DNA of 64,000 nucleotides from Planctomycetota bacterium (GTDB lineage Bacteria; Planctomycetota; JAMOSO01): NCBI GenBank assembly GCA_027063065.1, contig JAMOSO010000050.1, positions 26,243 to 90,242 of the forward strand, read 5' to 3'. Shown piece by piece: positions 62,294 to 64,000 of this stretch (position 1 is its first letter; each line of letters starts with the position of its first letter). The notes under the pieces were generated by a model. It saw only the letters and a program-made list of their open reading frames with translations, ran no database searches and was not told where the DNA came from. The position numbers and the translations under genes were made by a program.

Positions 62294-62941
62294 TTAATAT
62301 CCATCAATATGTTTTTTAAAATCAATTGCAAAACTATCTATACTACCTTCAATAATATCACCGTTAGTTGGCAACCAAACACCGTCCGTGTCAAGCTCGC
62401 CATAATGTATTGTTGTATATTCTAATACAGAACCATCTGTAAATAAACCTATAAAAAATTTACGTTGTGGCCCCCAAAGCAATTCAACATTCTGACATGG
62501 AAATTTATTTTTTGCAATTAACTCACATAAATATTTACCACATACAAAAAGCATCTTGCCTGAGCCATCATCCAACACAAAGGCTCTACAGTTTTCATCT
62601 TCGTCTATTCCTATTATCTCTAAAACTTGAGAGCCTTGCCAATGTAACAATTCACCTATTTTAAAGTCTAACCGCCTTTTTAAAGTTGGCTTCGTAACTA
62701 TTTGATAAAACACCGACAATAACATCAACCATATTGCAGGCGCAATTACAATCATAAAAACAATAAAAGCTATAGAAAAATCTGCATACTTATTTAATAT
62801 CAAAAATAAAATAACTGCTATCGCCAACAAACCAAAGGCTAAGCTAGCATATAATTTTTTTTGGCTTAATTCCTGTTGACGCAATTCTTCTAACGGCTTT
62901 TTATATCGCCCTATTAAATTTATATCTGAACATTCAAGCAT
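62294..62941 (-). CDS. Hypothetical membrane-anchored protein
   Basis: 215 aa with two TM helices (res 30-50 and 55-80) and a C-terminal domain of about 130 aa with no homologue I recognise. Confidence 0.45.
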   Translation of the reverse strand: MLECSDINLIGRYKKPLEELRQQELSQKKLYASLAFGLLAIAVILFLILNKYADFSIAFIVFMIVIAPAIWLMLLSVFYQIVTKPTLKRRLDFKIGELLHWQGSQVLEIIGIDEDENCRAFVLDDGSGKMLFVCGKYLCELIAKNKFPCQNVELLWGPQRKFFIGLFTDGSVLEYTTIHYGELDTDGVWLPTNGDIIEGSIDSFAIDFKKHIDGY

Positions 62942-63020
62942 AACTTAAGTATACCAAAATCAACTTTAAAGCATAGCCACTACTTGATAGAATAAACACC
63001 TATCATTTATGGGGATAAAT

Positions 63021-63440
63021 ATGCAAAGAACATTTAGTATCATCAAACCTAAAGCCGTTAGCAATCATCATATTGGTCATATCATTGCTATTTTTGAAGA
63101 ACATAACTTACGCATAGCAGGCATAAAATTAATAACTTTAAATCGAGAAAAAGCAAAAATATTTTATGCCGAACACGATGGCAAACCATTTTTTAATGAT
63201 TTATTAGATTTTATCACATCAGGCCCAATCGTATTAATGGTACTAGAAGGCCTAGATGCTATTAAATTAAATCGCAAAATTATGGGAGTTACCAACCCTC
63301 AGGAAGCCGAAACAGGCACTATTAGAAATCTTTACGCCGAAAGCATACAAGCCAATGCCGTGCACGGCTCCGACTCTGAACAAGCTGCCAAACGAGAAAT
63401 AGCCCTATTCTTTGACGATAGCGAAATTGTAAAAAGTTAA
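63021..63440 (+). CDS. ndk: Nucleoside diphosphate kinase
   Basis: MQRTFSIIKP and the active-site His context NAVHGSDS. The tool ORF starts 12 nt upstream at 63009. Confidence 0.92.
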   Translation: MQRTFSIIKPKAVSNHHIGHIIAIFEEHNLRIAGIKLITLNREKAKIFYAEHDGKPFFNDLLDFITSGPIVLMVLEGLDAIKLNRKIMGVTNPQEAETGTIRNLYAESIQANAVHGSDSEQAAKREIALFFDDSEIVKS

Positions 63441-63458
63441 TACCTGCCTGTTACATCT

Positions 63459-64000
63459 ATGCAAAAATATGATGCGATTATTGTGGGTGCCGGAGCATCA
63501 GGCTTAACTTGTGCTGCCGAAGCTACCAAAACAAATAAACGCATAGCTATTATTGATCACAACCAAACAGCCGGCAAAAAAATAACCATCTCTGGAGGAG
63601 GTAAGGCTAATTTCACCAACCTTAACATCAATGCAGATAATTACATTTGCAATAATCCACATTTTGTAAAATCCGCATTAAAACGTTATAGTCCTTGGGA
63701 TATTATTAAATTATTAGAAACATACAATATTAATTGGCACCAACGAGAACACGGACAACTGTTTTGTGATATTAATGCAACACATTTACTCAATGCTCTT
63801 TTAAATGAAGCTGCTAACACAGATTTTTTTTTAGGTCGTTCAATTAAATGCATAACCAACAAAAATAATAAATTTTCAATAGAAACTTCCAAAGGTTTTT
63901 TTGAATGTCAAAAACTAGTTATTGCCACTGGTGGGTTATCGTTTTCTAAAATTGGCGCAAGTGATTTTGGACATCGCATAGCCAAACAATTTGGACACAC
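63459..64000 (+). CDS. HI0933/BaiN-like NAD(P)/FAD-dependent flavoprotein. Partial; continues beyond the window.
   Basis: MQKYDAIIVGAGASGLTCAAEA (FAD GxGxxG), ITISGGGKANFTN and WHQREHGQLFC are typical of the HI0933 family. The frame stays open to the window end. Confidence 0.8.
   Translation, partial: MQKYDAIIVGAGASGLTCAAEATKTNKRIAIIDHNQTAGKKITISGGGKANFTNLNINADNYICNNPHFVKSALKRYSPWDIIKLLETYNINWHQREHGQLFCDINATHLLNALLNEAANTDFFLGRSIKCITNKNNKFSIETSKGFFECQKLVIATGGLSFSKIGASDFGHRIAKQFGH

Noticed and set aside
1..64000. CRISPR arrays, rRNA, transposases or prophage genes
   Set aside because: No regularly spaced direct repeats. No transposase, integrase or phage structural homologues among the ORFs. 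No sequence with rRNA-like conserved blocks seen.

Overview
The window is AT-rich (roughly 33-36% GC by eye), gene-dense, and comes from a flagellated Gram-negative bacterium. I could not place it taxonomically. DapL-type lysine biosynthesis, an archaeal-type phosphoglycerate mutase, abundant c-di-GMP signalling and a heme-c sensor domain fit a delta-proteobacterial, Bdellovibrio/Oligoflexia-like or spirochaete-like lineage; the textbook sigma-28 promoter fits a proteobacterial-type flagellar hierarchy. Shine-Dalgarno sites (GGAG/AGGA) are common, and GTG starts are used (dapL, rodA, rpsA).

Almost all coding sequence is housekeeping and sits in long co-directional strings. From left to right:
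- nuoA and a nuoB with a long C-terminal extension that runs out of the window, then rpiB.
- A minus-strand string of a receptor-type PP2C phosphatase, pgpA and an LPS heptosyltransferase, with metG facing it.
- A minus-strand string of DUF2062, an HD-GYP phosphodiesterase, pyrC, pyrB, pyrR, an MnmE-like GTPase and a large polytopic membrane protein.
- On the plus strand: mdh, a metallophosphoesterase, dapL, ahcY.
- manC plus a dockerin-like secreted protein on the minus strand.
- ribBA, ribH, a second metallophosphoesterase, rodA.
- A heme-sensor GGDEF cyclase, then gmk-rpoZ-dut-ftsK, a TrmH-family methyltransferase and a rhomboid protease.
- A long minus-strand string: rpsA, apgM, ugd, mlaE, mlaF, mlaD, mlaC, fliD, fliS, cysS and a Wzy_C/TPR membrane protein. 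The fliD-fliS pair has its own FliA-type promoter.
- A tRNA-Met(CAU), then lysR with gltB and gltD.
- Rhodanese, leuD, leuC and murI on the minus strand.
- An orphan periplasmic binding protein, a Na+/H+ antiporter, two small unknown genes, ndk, and a partial BaiN-like flavoprotein at the window end.

I found no transposase, integrase, CRISPR array or rRNA.

The candidates I consider most novel are:
- An MlaF ABC ATPase fused to a complete but catalytically degenerate GGDEF domain.
- A 1065-aa flagellar cap protein FliD with about five tandem internal repeats and an inserted discoidin (F5/8 type C) carbohydrate-binding domain.
- A GGDEF cyclase whose periplasmic sensor carries a CXXCH heme-c motif.
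- A transmembrane PP2C phosphatase with a histone-H1-like lysine-rich tail, encoded alongside envelope-biogenesis genes.
- An MnmE-like GTPase that lacks the catalytic C-terminal CxGK motif.
- A structured 375-bp intergenic region between gmk and the GGDEF gene.
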